DNA of 64,000 bases from Candidatus Latescibacterota bacterium (GTDB taxonomy: Bacteria > Latescibacterota > UBA2968 > UBA8231), in assembly GCA_965221775.1 (NCBI GenBank), contig CBDCSU010000005.1, positions 1,152,001 through 1,216,000 of the forward strand. The letters are read 5' to 3'. The position numbers were made by a program, and so were the translations under genes. Below, one piece after another: positions 1 to 9,103 of the stretch. The notes under the pieces are model-generated. The model had not been told where the DNA came from. It saw nothing but the letters and a program-made list of their open reading frames with translations, and did no database searches. Numbering within the stretch: the first letter of the stretch is position 1; the number at the start of each line of letters is the position of its first letter.

Positions 1-3000
1 GTCCCGCGTGCAGCATCGCCACCCGCTGCCCCGTCAGGGCGAACACCTCCAGCCGCGCCGGCCCCGCCTGCAGCAGCAACCACGGGATCACCGTCTGGCT
101 GTTGAAGGGATTCGGCGCGTTCTGCTGCAGCCCGGGTCCCTCCGGCAGACCGATCCGCTCCCGCGCCATGGCCACCAGCTTGCCCCGCTCCGGCTGGGCG
201 AAGTGCTCGGCGAAGAGGAAGAAATCGGCGAAGTCCACCGAGCCGCTGCCGTCCAGGTCGAAGCGGGGGTCGCTGCCGCCGAAGGCCTCGGCGAAGAGGA
301 AGAAGTCGCCGAACCCGACCTCGCCGTCGCCGTCGAAGTCGGGTGATGCCTTGGCGGTGGCGGTGAAGGTCACCGGCTCGAGGTCAGCCAACGTGGCCAC
401 CACCCTGTAGGCTCCCAGCTCCTCTCCCAGCGTCAGAGTGGTAACCGCCCGGCCCTCGGCATCGGTGGTGTCGGTGATGGTCGAAAGGGATCCGCCCTCG
501 CCGGTGAGCGCAAAGGTGACCACCGCGCCCGGGAAGGCCGCTCCGTTCTGGTCGCGCACCTCGACCACCAGGGGCTCGGGCAGTTGCTCGCCCTCCGTTG
601 CCTGCTGCTCGTCCCCGGCGAGTTTGGTCAGAGTCTGCGGAATCGCAATGCCGACGGCGGTGAAGGTCACAGGGGCGAGTCCGGCCACGGTCACGCGCAC
701 ACTGTTGGGGCCCGGCGCACCCCCCAGGGTGAGGGTGCTGGCGGCGCGGCCCTCGGGGTCGGTGGTTGCGGTGGTCACCGAGAGGGTGCCCCCGCCGGCG
801 GCCACCTCGAAGGTGACGGCCACGCCCGCCAGGGGGGATCCGATCTGATCGAGCAAAGAGACGACCAAAGGCTCGGCCAGCGGTTCGCCTCCCGGCCCCT
901 GCTGGCCGTCGCCGCCGAGTTTGCCCAGGGTCGTGGGAATGGACCGGGTGTGGGCGGTGAAGCTCACCGGCTCCACTCCCTCCACCTCCACCACCACGGT
1001 GTTCGGTCCGGGTGCGTTGCCCAAGGTCAGAGTCGTAGACGCCCGGCCGCGGAGGTTGGTCGTCGCCCTTTCCACGGAGACGGTGCCCCCGCCGGAGGTG
1101 ACCGCGAAGGTGACCTCGGCGCCGCTCAGCCATTGGCCCTTCTGGTCCCTCACCTCGATGACGAAGGGCTCCGCCAGGGCGAGCCCCGGTGTCCCTTCCT
1201 GCTCATCTCCGGAGAGCATGGTCAGGCTCCTGGGATGGGGCAGGATCCGCCGCATGTCCCACACCAGGACGCTCCCGTCCACTGACCCGGAAGCGAAGAT
1301 CGGGAGATCCCGGGAGTATGCCACCGCGGTGATGGGGCCGGAATGTCCTCGGAGGGTGGCGATGCTCTCCCGGGTCTCCAGGTCCCACACCTGGACCTGG
1401 AAGGGACCGGCGTATTCGCCGATCACGAGAGTTCTCCCATCGGCCGAGAGGGTCGCGGAATCGGCCGTTCCCTCCGCGGGGAGGCTGCCGATTCGGCGCT
1501 CCGGCAGCACGTCCCACAGCTCGAGGACTCTCCACGATCCGCCGACGGCCAAGGGCAGGCCATCGTCCGCAAATGCCACGGAAACCACCCGATCCAGGGG
1601 CATCTCAAAGTGCGTCGTCTGGTTCCCCGTCGCCACGTCCCACACCCTCACCGTGCCATCCGAGGACCCGGAGACCAGGAGCCTGTCATCGGGAGAGAAA
1701 GCCATGGAGCCGATCTGGTTGGTGTGTCCCTCGAGAGAGACGGAAGGCGTGCCGGCAGCCGCGTCCCACAACTGGATGGCGCCCGTCTTGTGTCCCGCGG
1801 CTACCATCTCTCCGTCACGCGAAAAGACCACCCGGCTGACCCAGTTCTCAGGCTCGGGTGATTCCAGGGTAAGGGTATTGGCGCCGGTCGCCCTCTCCCA
1901 GAGTCTGACCGTGTTGTCCGAGGATCCCGAGGCCAGGATCCTGCCATCGGGCGAGAAGGCCAGGGCCAGAATCCAATCCGGGTGCCCGACGTTCACGTGC
2001 CCTTCGAGGCGGCCGGTAATGGCGCCCGTCTCGACGTCCCACAGTCTGACGGTGAGGTCCCTCGATCCGGAGGCCAGGGTTCTCCCATCGGGAGAGAGAG
2101 CCACCGAGGCGATCCGGTGCGTGTGATGGTGCTCCCTGGCAAGGATGGTGGTGGCGTTGCCCGTGGCGGCCTCCCAGAGCAGGACCGTGCCACGCTGCTC
2201 CCCGGAGGCCAGGGTCCTCCCGTCGGGCGAGAACGCCACGGACCGGACCGAGGAACCATGCCCCTCGAAAGAAGCGATCTCGGTCCCTGTCGCCACCTCC
2301 CACAACTTGACGGTGCGATCGAAGGCCCCCGAGGCGAGGGTCCTTCCGTCCGGCGAGAACTCGACGGACTCGACCCAGGAGGTGTGCCCCTCGAGAGGGG
2401 CCATACTGGTGTGCGCAGCCACGTCCCACAGCCTTATCGTGTGGTCGCCAGATGCGGAGGCGAGCGTTCTTCCGTCGGGGGAGAAGGCGACGGATCTGAT
2501 TTCATCCGTGTGTCCTTCGAGGATGGCGATCAGGGTCCCGGTCTCCACGTCCCACAGGCGGCAGGGACCTTCGGAGTATCCCCCCGCGAGGATGGTCCGG
2601 TCGGGGGAGAAGGCCGCCGTGTTCCCCACCGGCCAATTCCTTTCCACGGGAACAGTGGCCGTATTCATCCCCGTTGCCACGTCCCACTGCTTGATGGACG
2701 AGCCTGCGGAAATGAGTGTGGCACCATCAGTGGAAAACGCCACGAAGCGAGGACGGTTGTCGTATCCATCGAGGACTGCCGTATTGGTGCCGGTCGCCAC
2801 GTCCCACAGCTCGAATCCTTCACTGGTTGCGGCAGCCACCGTCTGCCCATCGGGGGAGAAGGCCAGGGAAGTGACGTATTCCAGGGGGCCCAGCAGCACG
2901 AGGGGTTGGACCGTCTCGACAGCGTATACCCAGATACCGATCTGGGTCGTAATGGCGAGGAGCCGTCCGTCCCCGGAAAAGGCGAACATCCGGTTCCCCC

Positions 3001-5371
3001 GACCGATCCCCCTCGTGTCGAGCAGCCCCCTCCCGAGTCGGGCCCTGGCCCCGTCCGGCAGGCTCCAGGTATGGTACCCGCCATCCAGGGGCCTCGTGGA
3101 AGAGATGCCGGATGCCGCGGCACCGAAGGTCACGCGCTCCAGCCCGGAGATCACCGCCTCGACGGAGTTGGGTCCCGGATACGGGCCGAGGGTGAGCAGG
3201 ACCTCCGTCCGACCGTTGATGTCGGTCGTCGTTCTCTCCCGGGTGAACTTCTCGCCGAGCCGGCCATCCCCCTCGGTGACCACAAAGGTGACCTCCACAC
3301 CCTGCAGGGGATCGCCGTACTGATCCCTCACCTCGACGACCAGCGGCTCCGCCAAGGGCTCTCCACTGGTCCCCTGCTGGTCGTCGCCCGAGACCACCAG
3401 CACCCTTCCTGGACGGGAGTTCAGCCACTCCGACGTGTCCCACAGGCCGATCCTGCCATCTTCCGTGCCCGCGGCGAGGGTGGCGGCATCGGGGGCGAAG
3501 GCCACGGTGCCGACTCCCCTGCCCTCGCCCCGCAGGATGCCCAGCTGCTCCCTCGTCCCCGGGTCCCACAAGTGCACGCCCAGTCCGCTCCCGGAAGCGA
3601 GCAGAGTCCCGTCGGGGGAGAAGGCCACGGATCGCACGGGCCCGTCGTGCTCCTCCAGGACGCCGACGCTCTCCTCCGTCTCCACGTCCCACAGCCTCAC
3701 GGTCGCATCGTCCCCCCCGGAGGCGACCAGGGTCCCGTCAGGTGAGAACACCACGCTGTTGACCCCGGAGCCCCAACCGCCGCTGCCATGCCGGTGGGTG
3801 GCCACCTCGGTCCGCGTGGCCACGTCCCACAGCCGCACTCCGTCCCCGGAGCCCGAGGCGAGCATCGACCCGTCGGGGGAGAAGGCTACCGACGTGGCGT
3901 CCACGGGAAGGGTTGCGCTACCGCTCCGCCCTGCCACGTCCCACAGCCGAATGCCGTCACCGGCCCCCGACGCGAGAGTCCTGCCGTCCCGCGTGAAGGC
4001 AAGGGAGCGGATCTCGTGCGTGTGTCCGGAGAGCGTTGCGGTCACTCGGCCTTCGGGATCATGGAGTTGGACCTGGCCGCTGCCGGATCCCGAAGCCAGG
4101 ACAGCCCCGTCCTCCGAGAGGGCCACGGCCGTGGCGCCGCTGGCCAGAGAGGTCGTGGTGCCTGTCCGGGTCTCCAGGTCCCACAGCTCCAACCCCTTGC
4201 CCGAGCCGGAGGCCAAGGTCCTGCCGCCGGGCGCAAAGACCGCCCCATGGACCTCCTCGCCGACCTCGAGGGTGGCCAGATGCTGGCGGGACAGCTCCCA
4301 CAGATCGAAGCTGATGCCCGCCCTGTTTCCGTCCCTGTCCACTACGCTGATGAAGATCGGATGCACCTGGGGGTCGGCGAGATCCGTAAAGCCCCAGGCA
4401 GCGCCCGACGGAACCACGCCATCGTAGTCGATTTCGACGACGGCCTGATCCTCCCCCATCATCGCATGGCATGTCTTCAGCTCCGTGCCCCCTGCACTGA
4501 TCCTGGCGCTGTGGGTCTCTACCGAGCGGACTCGCAAGCGCACATGATGCAGCCCATGGGCGGCGCTGAGCTTGAGCCGGATGGGGACGCTCTCCGACCC
4601 GGCCGGATAGGCGCGCGCCGAGAGCAACTCCACTACCGGCGCCTCGGTCCACTCGACTCCGACGTCGGGATTGAAGTAGGGATGAACCGCCAGGACTCCG
4701 GCGCTGCACGCGGACAGGGTGTCCCTGGACCACCCGTAGGACAGGATGTAGGAGTCGTCGCGGAAGTCGTGACCCATGCGGAAGGTGTGGGCCAGTTCAT
4801 GGGCCAGGGTATCCCAGGCGAACTCACCCCCCACCAGGGCGATGCCGCTCTGCTTCGAGCTCCAGGTCGCCGCTCCGCTGGCCGTACGGCCGATCCGGTT
4901 GGTGCTGTTGTCGACCACGACGACGATGATGCTCTGCGACAGGTCGAAGGCCTCCCTGATCTCGTTGACCGAGTCCCACGTGTTGCCGATGTAGTGACTG
5001 TCGGGATGCTGTCCGTCCACGCGGTGAACGACGGGATCCCCCTCTTCGTCGGTCTCGATCCGGAAGGTCCTGTACCCGTACCCATGGCCCTCCATCTGCT
5101 CCCCGTACCAAGCCTGGAGGCTGAGCATCTCGTCCTTGATCCGCTGAACCACGTCGGCGCGGAAGGGACGGTCGTTGGGCAGGAAGTAGAACAGCCGCAT
5201 CGTGCGGGGCTCGCCGGCGTCCAGGTCCGACAGGCGCTTGCCGGCGGCGTAGGTGACGGGCGGGTGCAACTCGGGGTCGAGGAAGAGGCCGGAGTGCTGG
5301 CGGTCGGGAGGCTCCGAGGCGTGGCCGACGGCCAGGGACGAGAGGATGAGAGCAAGGATGAGTCTCTTCAT
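1..5371 (-). CDS. Large secreted modular protein (3' end beyond window): signal peptide, zincin-like domain, two WD40 blocks, Big_1-like Ig domains, dockerin/EF-hand-like pair, FlgD-Ig C-terminal domain
   Basis: Manual translation from ATG at 5371 (MKRLILALILSSLAVGHASE) is in frame with the window start (...VFALTGQRVAMLHAG). HELAHTFRMGH at ~4769-4801. Many WD40 units (F-S-P-D-G..LA..WD). DFDGDGEVGFGDFFLFAEAFG and DLDGSGSVDFADFFLFAEHF at ~200-345. PNPFNSQT at ~90-115. Omitted from the ORF track because there is no stop in the window. Confidence 0.9.
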   Translation of the reverse strand, partial: MKRLILALILSSLAVGHASEPPDRQHSGLFLDPELHPPVTYAAGKRLSDLDAGEPRTMRLFYFLPNDRPFRADVVQRIKDEMLSLQAWYGEQMEGHGYGYRTFRIETDEEGDPVVHRVDGQHPDSHYIGNTWDSVNEIREAFDLSQSIIVVVVDNSTNRIGRTASGAATWSSKQSGIALVGGEFAWDTLAHELAHTFRMGHDFRDDSYILSYGWSRDTLSACSAGVLAVHPYFNPDVGVEWTEAPVVELLSARAYPAGSESVPIRLKLSAAHGLHHVRLRVRSVETHSARISAGGTELKTCHAMMGEDQAVVEIDYDGVVPSGAAWGFTDLADPQVHPIFISVVDRDGNRAGISFDLWELSRQHLATLEVGEEVHGAVFAPGGRTLASGSGKGLELWDLETRTGTTTSLASGATAVALSEDGAVLASGSGSGQVQLHDPEGRVTATLSGHTHEIRSLAFTRDGRTLASGAGDGIRLWDVAGRSGSATLPVDATSVAFSPDGSMLASGSGDGVRLWDVATRTEVATHRHGSGGWGSGVNSVVFSPDGTLVASGGDDATVRLWDVETEESVGVLEEHDGPVRSVAFSPDGTLLASGSGLGVHLWDPGTREQLGILRGEGRGVGTVAFAPDAATLAAGTEDGRIGLWDTSEWLNSRPGRVLVVSGDDQQGTSGEPLAEPLVVEVRDQYGDPLQGVEVTFVVTEGDGRLGEKFTRERTTTDINGRTEVLLTLGPYPGPNSVEAVISGLERVTFGAAASGISSTRPLDGGYHTWSLPDGARARLGRGLLDTRGIGRGNRMFAFSGDGRLLAITTQIGIWVYAVETVQPLVLLGPLEYVTSLAFSPDGQTVAAATSEGFELWDVATGTNTAVLDGYDNRPRFVAFSTDGATLISAGSSIKQWDVATGMNTATVPVERNWPVGNTAAFSPDRTILAGGYSEGPCRLWDVETGTLIAILEGHTDEIRSVAFSPDGRTLASASGDHTIRLWDVAAHTSMAPLEGHTSWVESVEFSPDGRTLASGAFDRTVKLWEVATGTEIASFEGHGSSVRSVAFSPDGRTLASGEQRGTVLLWEAATGNATTILAREHHHTHRIASVALSPDGRTLASGSRDLTVRLWDVETGAITGRLEGHVNVGHPDWILALAFSPDGRILASGSSDNTVRLWERATGANTLTLESPEPENWVSRVVFSRDGEMVAAGHKTGAIQLWDAAAGTPSVSLEGHTNQIGSMAFSPDDRLLVSGSSDGTVRVWDVATGNQTTHFEMPLDRVVSVAFADDGLPLAVGGSWRVLELWDVLPERRIGSLPAEGTADSATLSADGRTLVIGEYAGPFQVQVWDLETRESIATLRGHSGPITAVAYSRDLPIFASGSVDGSVLVWDMRRILPHPRSLTMLSGDEQEGTPGLALAEPFVIEVRDQKGQWLSGAEVTFAVTSGGGTVSVERATTNLRGRASTTLTLGNAPGPNTVVVEVEGVEPVSFTAHTRSIPTTLGKLGGDGQQGPGGEPLAEPLVVSLLDQIGSPLAGVAVTFEVAAGGGTLSVTTATTDPEGRAASTLTLGGAPGPNSVRVTVAGLAPVTFTAVGIAIPQTLTKLAGDEQQATEGEQLPEPLVVEVRDQNGAAFPGAVVTFALTGEGGSLSTITDTTDAEGRAVTTLTLGEELGAYRVVATLADLEPVTFTATAKASPDFDGDGEVGFGDFFLFAEAFGGSDPRFDLDGSGSVDFADFFLFAEHFAQPERGKLVAMARERIGLPEGPGLQQNAPNPFNSQTVIPWLLLQAGPARLEVFALTGQRVAMLHAG

Positions 5372-5407
5372 GATTCGCTCCGTGAAGTCGCGGGCGGCGG
5401 GCGCCCC

Positions 5408-6922
5408 TCAGACGAAGCGGTACCCGTAGAGGCGGGCCGCCCCGTAGAGCCAGAAACGCAGCTTGAAGCGGTCCCGCCCCACCTCGGCCAGACCCCTCCC
5501 CGCCCACTCCACCGGCCGGCGCAGTCCGTCGACAAAGATGTCGCCGCAGTCCTCGCACCCGTACCCGGGGAGGGGCTCGCCGGTGTCGGCGTCGAGGACC
5601 TCCACCTCCACCCAGCTGCGGTGCTGGCGCACGCCGCCCACGTTCACCGTGAGGCGGGTCGAGCGGTCGGTGAGCTGCAGGGGCGTGGTGGTGGCGTGGC
5701 CCGGGGTCTCGCGGTCGGGCGTCTCCAGGCAGGTGAAGCCGTCCTCGCGCAGGGTGGCCAGACCCATGCGCATCACCCGGGCGCCGCCGCTGCCCAGCTC
5801 GTGGCGGAACTCGGGGCTTTGGTTCTCCGGCGGCCAGCTGGTGAAGTCCTCGCCCGCGCCGCCGTAGAACAGGTGGATCGTCCCGTCCTTGACCGCCGGC
5901 TTGTCGGTGATCACCAGCAACCCGCCGTCCCACTCGTTGTGGGCGCCGCGGGGGATCACCTTCTGGTGCGGGTTCACGCGGTCGAAGCGGAGGCCGTCGC
6001 CGCTGACGGCCAGGCGGATGTCGGCGGCGTACATGCCGTAGAGGCCGTAGCGGTTGGGCACGTACCAGCCGTACTCGTAGGCCATGATCCACGCGCCGCC
6101 GTAGGGCGACATCATGATGTGGTGGTCCTCGTACTCCAGGCCGTCCGCCGGTGACAGCAGGGGATTCTCCTCGGCCCGGCGGAAGTGCTCGATGTCGGGG
6201 CCGTACGCCAGCAGCTTGGCCCGCCCCAGGCCATGGTACTTCCTGGCGCGGCGCTTGATGTCCGGCTTGCCGAAGGGGACAACCTCCTGGAAGACGGCCT
6301 TGTAGCGCCGCGAGGGATCGGGGTCCTGGTCGTCGCGCACGAGAACGCCGATGTCGGGCGGTCCGTCCTTCACCCACTCCGGCAGGTCGATCCGCGGGCC
6401 CTCGGTCCAGTGGATGCCGTCGGGCGAGTAGTTGGCCCGGGCGCCGATGGCCACGTACTCCGGATCGCGCTGGCCGACGGGCATCGGCTTGGAGAAAGGC
6501 CGCTTGATCCCCTTGAAGCGCTTCGCCGGGTCCGGCTCGGCGTCGTCCCTGATGATCGGTCCCCGGCCGTCGAGGACGATGTTGTTTTGTTTGCTGCCGT
6601 TGTACTCGTGCAGGCCGAGGACGGGCTTGTGCCAGTTGACGCCGTCCTCGCTCTCGGCGTAGCCCATGGCCCACCAGCGCCGGGTGGTGATGTCCGAGCC
6701 GGCGTACCACGCCTTGAAGAGCCCGTCCTCCTCGTCGTAGAGCACCGTGGGCGAGGACCAGGGCCCGCAGTGGGAGGAGTCCCACTCGTGCACGTCGCCC
6801 AGGGGCAGGACCGGGTTGAGGGGATGCTTCTCGGCCTCGCACACGGTCCGGTCCACGTGATGGGTGGACTCGACTCCGTCCATGAGCAGGAATCCGTCGC
6901 CGCGGCCTCGGTTGGTGTTCAT
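5408..6922 (-). CDS. Five-bladed beta-propeller glycoside hydrolase-like protein (GH32/GH43 clan-like), function unknown
   Basis: 504-aa ORF with KHPLNPVL, YAESEDGVNWHKP, YSPDGIHW, SGDGLRF, EWDGG and LATLREDGF motifs, plus a C-terminal beta-sandwich (LRFWL...LYGYRF). Confidence 0.75.
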   Translation of the reverse strand: MNTNRGRGDGFLLMDGVESTHHVDRTVCEAEKHPLNPVLPLGDVHEWDSSHCGPWSSPTVLYDEEDGLFKAWYAGSDITTRRWWAMGYAESEDGVNWHKPVLGLHEYNGSKQNNIVLDGRGPIIRDDAEPDPAKRFKGIKRPFSKPMPVGQRDPEYVAIGARANYSPDGIHWTEGPRIDLPEWVKDGPPDIGVLVRDDQDPDPSRRYKAVFQEVVPFGKPDIKRRARKYHGLGRAKLLAYGPDIEHFRRAEENPLLSPADGLEYEDHHIMMSPYGGAWIMAYEYGWYVPNRYGLYGMYAADIRLAVSGDGLRFDRVNPHQKVIPRGAHNEWDGGLLVITDKPAVKDGTIHLFYGGAGEDFTSWPPENQSPEFRHELGSGGARVMRMGLATLREDGFTCLETPDRETPGHATTTPLQLTDRSTRLTVNVGGVRQHRSWVEVEVLDADTGEPLPGYGCEDCGDIFVDGLRRPVEWAGRGLAEVGRDRFKLRFWLYGAARLYGYRFV

Positions 6923-7047
6923 CGCAATGCCATTTCGGTGTAGTCCATCCCGTGGGAGGTGGCCGAGTTGCCGATGTTGCGCTCCGGCATCTGCAGGATG
7001 CGCCCCGGCGCGTGCACGTCGAAGGAGAAGTCCACCAGCTCCTGCAT
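6919..7047 (-). pseudogene. 42-codon ORF or gene remnant coupled (ATGA overlap) to the downstream gene
   Basis: MQELVDFSFDVHAPGRILQMPERNIGNSATSHGMDYTEMALR with host-like codon use; its stop overlaps the ATG at 6922. Confidence 0.35.
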
Positions 7048-7111
7048 GGTGCGCAGGCCGCGGGCACCCGGCTCTCGACCTGGGCCTCTCCTGTCATGTG
7101 GGGAGCGGGAG

Positions 7112-8068
7112 CTACTGGCCCCGGGGCCGGTACCTGGGGGTGAAGGCGCGCCCGTGGAAGAGGGGCATGAGGTCGTGGGGCACGTCATCCGTCCGCCCCA
7201 GCCAGTCGGTGTTGCCGAACTCGTAGTCGGAGTGGACCATGCGGCAGAGCATGATGAGGCGCTCCCGGTCGCTGCGGATCGGGATCGTCCGGTGCATGAG
7301 GGGACCGTCGGCGAAGAGCAGCACCGAGCCGCGGCGGGCGGTGATCTGGTGGAAGAACTCGGAGTCCGGGTTGTCGGTGATGTATCGCTTCAGGTCGTCG
7401 AAGGGGACGTGGATGCGGTGGCTCCCCGCGAAGATGCCGGTGCCCCCGTCCTCGGGGCCGACGTCGGTGAGATAGAGGATCAGCCCGAGGATCTGCGTGT
7501 GGAACCAGCCGTTGACGCAGACGGCCCGGTCCTTGTGGCGGCTCACGCCTCCGTGCCAGCCGAGGACGGGATTGTCCGAGCGCCGGTTGAAGCGCACGGC
7601 GAGGGAGTGGTACCGGTAGGTCCCGCCGAGCAGCTCGGTGGCGACGCCCACGAGACGCGGCTTCGTGAGGACCGCGCGAAAGACGGGATCGAGGCCGAGG
7701 ACGCTCTCGATCTCCAAGCGGTCCAGGTGAAGCCCGCCCGAGGGGGTCCTCGTCCGGTTGCCGCGCCACTTCGCGCCGTCCCGGAAGGGGTGGTACTTCT
7801 CCGGCGGCGGCAGCGGCTCGAAGGGGGCGTCGCCGGCGGCTTCGAGCAGCTCCCCCTTCAGCCCCCCGGCCGCGGCCTCGATGGAGTCCAGCTCCTCCTC
7901 GGTGAACAGGTCCTCGACGACGGTGTAGCCATACAGCTCGAAGCGCATCCTCTGTTCGAGAGTCAGCGCCGGGAAGGGATAGTCGTACTCCTTCTCCGGG
8001 ACATCCGTGAACCCGAAGCCCGGGTTCGGCGGGTTGTATGGAGCCTTCGGGAGTGCTTCCGTCGTCAT
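7112..8068 (-). CDS. Phytanoyl-CoA dioxygenase (PhyH) family Fe(II)/2-oxoglutarate enzyme
   Basis: FELYGYTVVEDLF, LYLTDVGPEDGGTGIFAGSH, GSVLLF...MHRT...RER. The first metal motif reads H-G-G. Confidence 0.85.
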   Translation of the reverse strand: MTTEALPKAPYNPPNPGFGFTDVPEKEYDYPFPALTLEQRMRFELYGYTVVEDLFTEEELDSIEAAAGGLKGELLEAAGDAPFEPLPPPEKYHPFRDGAKWRGNRTRTPSGGLHLDRLEIESVLGLDPVFRAVLTKPRLVGVATELLGGTYRYHSLAVRFNRRSDNPVLGWHGGVSRHKDRAVCVNGWFHTQILGLILYLTDVGPEDGGTGIFAGSHRIHVPFDDLKRYITDNPDSEFFHQITARRGSVLLFADGPLMHRTIPIRSDRERLIMLCRMVHSDYEFGNTDWLGRTDDVPHDLMPLFHGRAFTPRYRPRGQ

Positions 8069-8257
8069 GGCGTCTCCCGGGGATGGTCGTGGGAAGGCTG
8101 TCGGGGGTCGGGCGGGGCCGGGAGTATAGACGGGCCTTCAAACCCCGGTCAACGGAGCGGCTGCCTGCGCGCGCGGCGCACCAAGTGCCGCTTGACCTGC
8201 CCCTTCCCGTCCGATGAATTCCGGGTCTCTGCGATCCCCTTCTCCACGAGAAACCCC

Positions 8258-8992
8258 ATGGCGATCCCCCTGCGCGAGATCACCGGCATGCCGGCCTTCT
8301 CCTCCTGCTACCCCATGCCGCCGTGCCGCTACCGCCAAGCCCGGTTCCAGCTCGTCTTCTTCCGCGCCGATCCGGCGGCCGTCGACCGGGTCCTTCCCGA
8401 GTGCTTCACCCCGGAGGACGGCCTGTGCGTGGCCATGGGCCTGGCCGTTCCCTGGAGCTCCAGCTACGGCGCCTTCGAGGAGAGCGCCCTTTCCGTGCCC
8501 TGCGCCTTCGAGGGGCGGTCCGGCTACTTCTGCGCCGTGGCCTTCCTCAACTCGCGCTCCAGCATTCCCGCCGGCCGCGAGATCTACGGGACCCCGAAGG
8601 TCCACGCGCAGATCGCCGTCTCCATGGACGAGCGCGTCATGTGCACCGACACGGTGGCGGGCGGCGGTTCCGTCATGAGCATCCGGTCCACCATGCACCG
8701 GGAGGCCCGCCCCGAGGACGTGCCCCCCACCAGCCCCAACTGGCGCCTCAAGGTGATCCCCCGGGCCGACGGCCGCGGCCCCGAGGTGATGCAGGTCATC
8801 GACACCGACGAGGTCAGCACCGACCGGGAGGTCCATCTCTGCCGCGCCGGCGACGGCATCGTCCAGTTCAACCCCTCCCCCGTCTTCGACCTCTCCGACT
8901 TCGCCCCCCTCTCCATCCACGGTGCCTGGTACCTGGAGATGGACTACACCGAGGGCTACGGCCAGGTCGTGCGCGACTTCTCGGGCGAGTAG
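8258..8992 (+). CDS. Acetoacetate decarboxylase family protein
   Basis: C-terminal part of ORF 6959..8992 from ATG 8258; AGREIYGTPK Schiff-base Lys motif and LKVIPRADG. Confidence 0.85.
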   Translation: MAIPLREITGMPAFSSCYPMPPCRYRQARFQLVFFRADPAAVDRVLPECFTPEDGLCVAMGLAVPWSSSYGAFEESALSVPCAFEGRSGYFCAVAFLNSRSSIPAGREIYGTPKVHAQIAVSMDERVMCTDTVAGGGSVMSIRSTMHREARPEDVPPTSPNWRLKVIPRADGRGPEVMQVIDTDEVSTDREVHLCRAGDGIVQFNPSPVFDLSDFAPLSIHGAWYLEMDYTEGYGQVVRDFSGE

Positions 8993-9103
8993 CCGCCGGA
9001 CCGGCCGTACGGGGCCCTCCACCCCTCCGACGCGGGCCTGACGATGCGCTCGGCCGCCGGGCCTTTCCGCGGGGCTGGCCAAGGCAAAGGCCCCTTCCGT
9101 CCC

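Noticed and set aside
102-4427. Long plus-strand ORFs (921..2126, 2145..3323, 3435..4427 etc.)
   Set aside because: Antisense shadows of the minus-strand WD40 gene; the repeated ATSH..TV pattern is the reverse reading of WD40 units.
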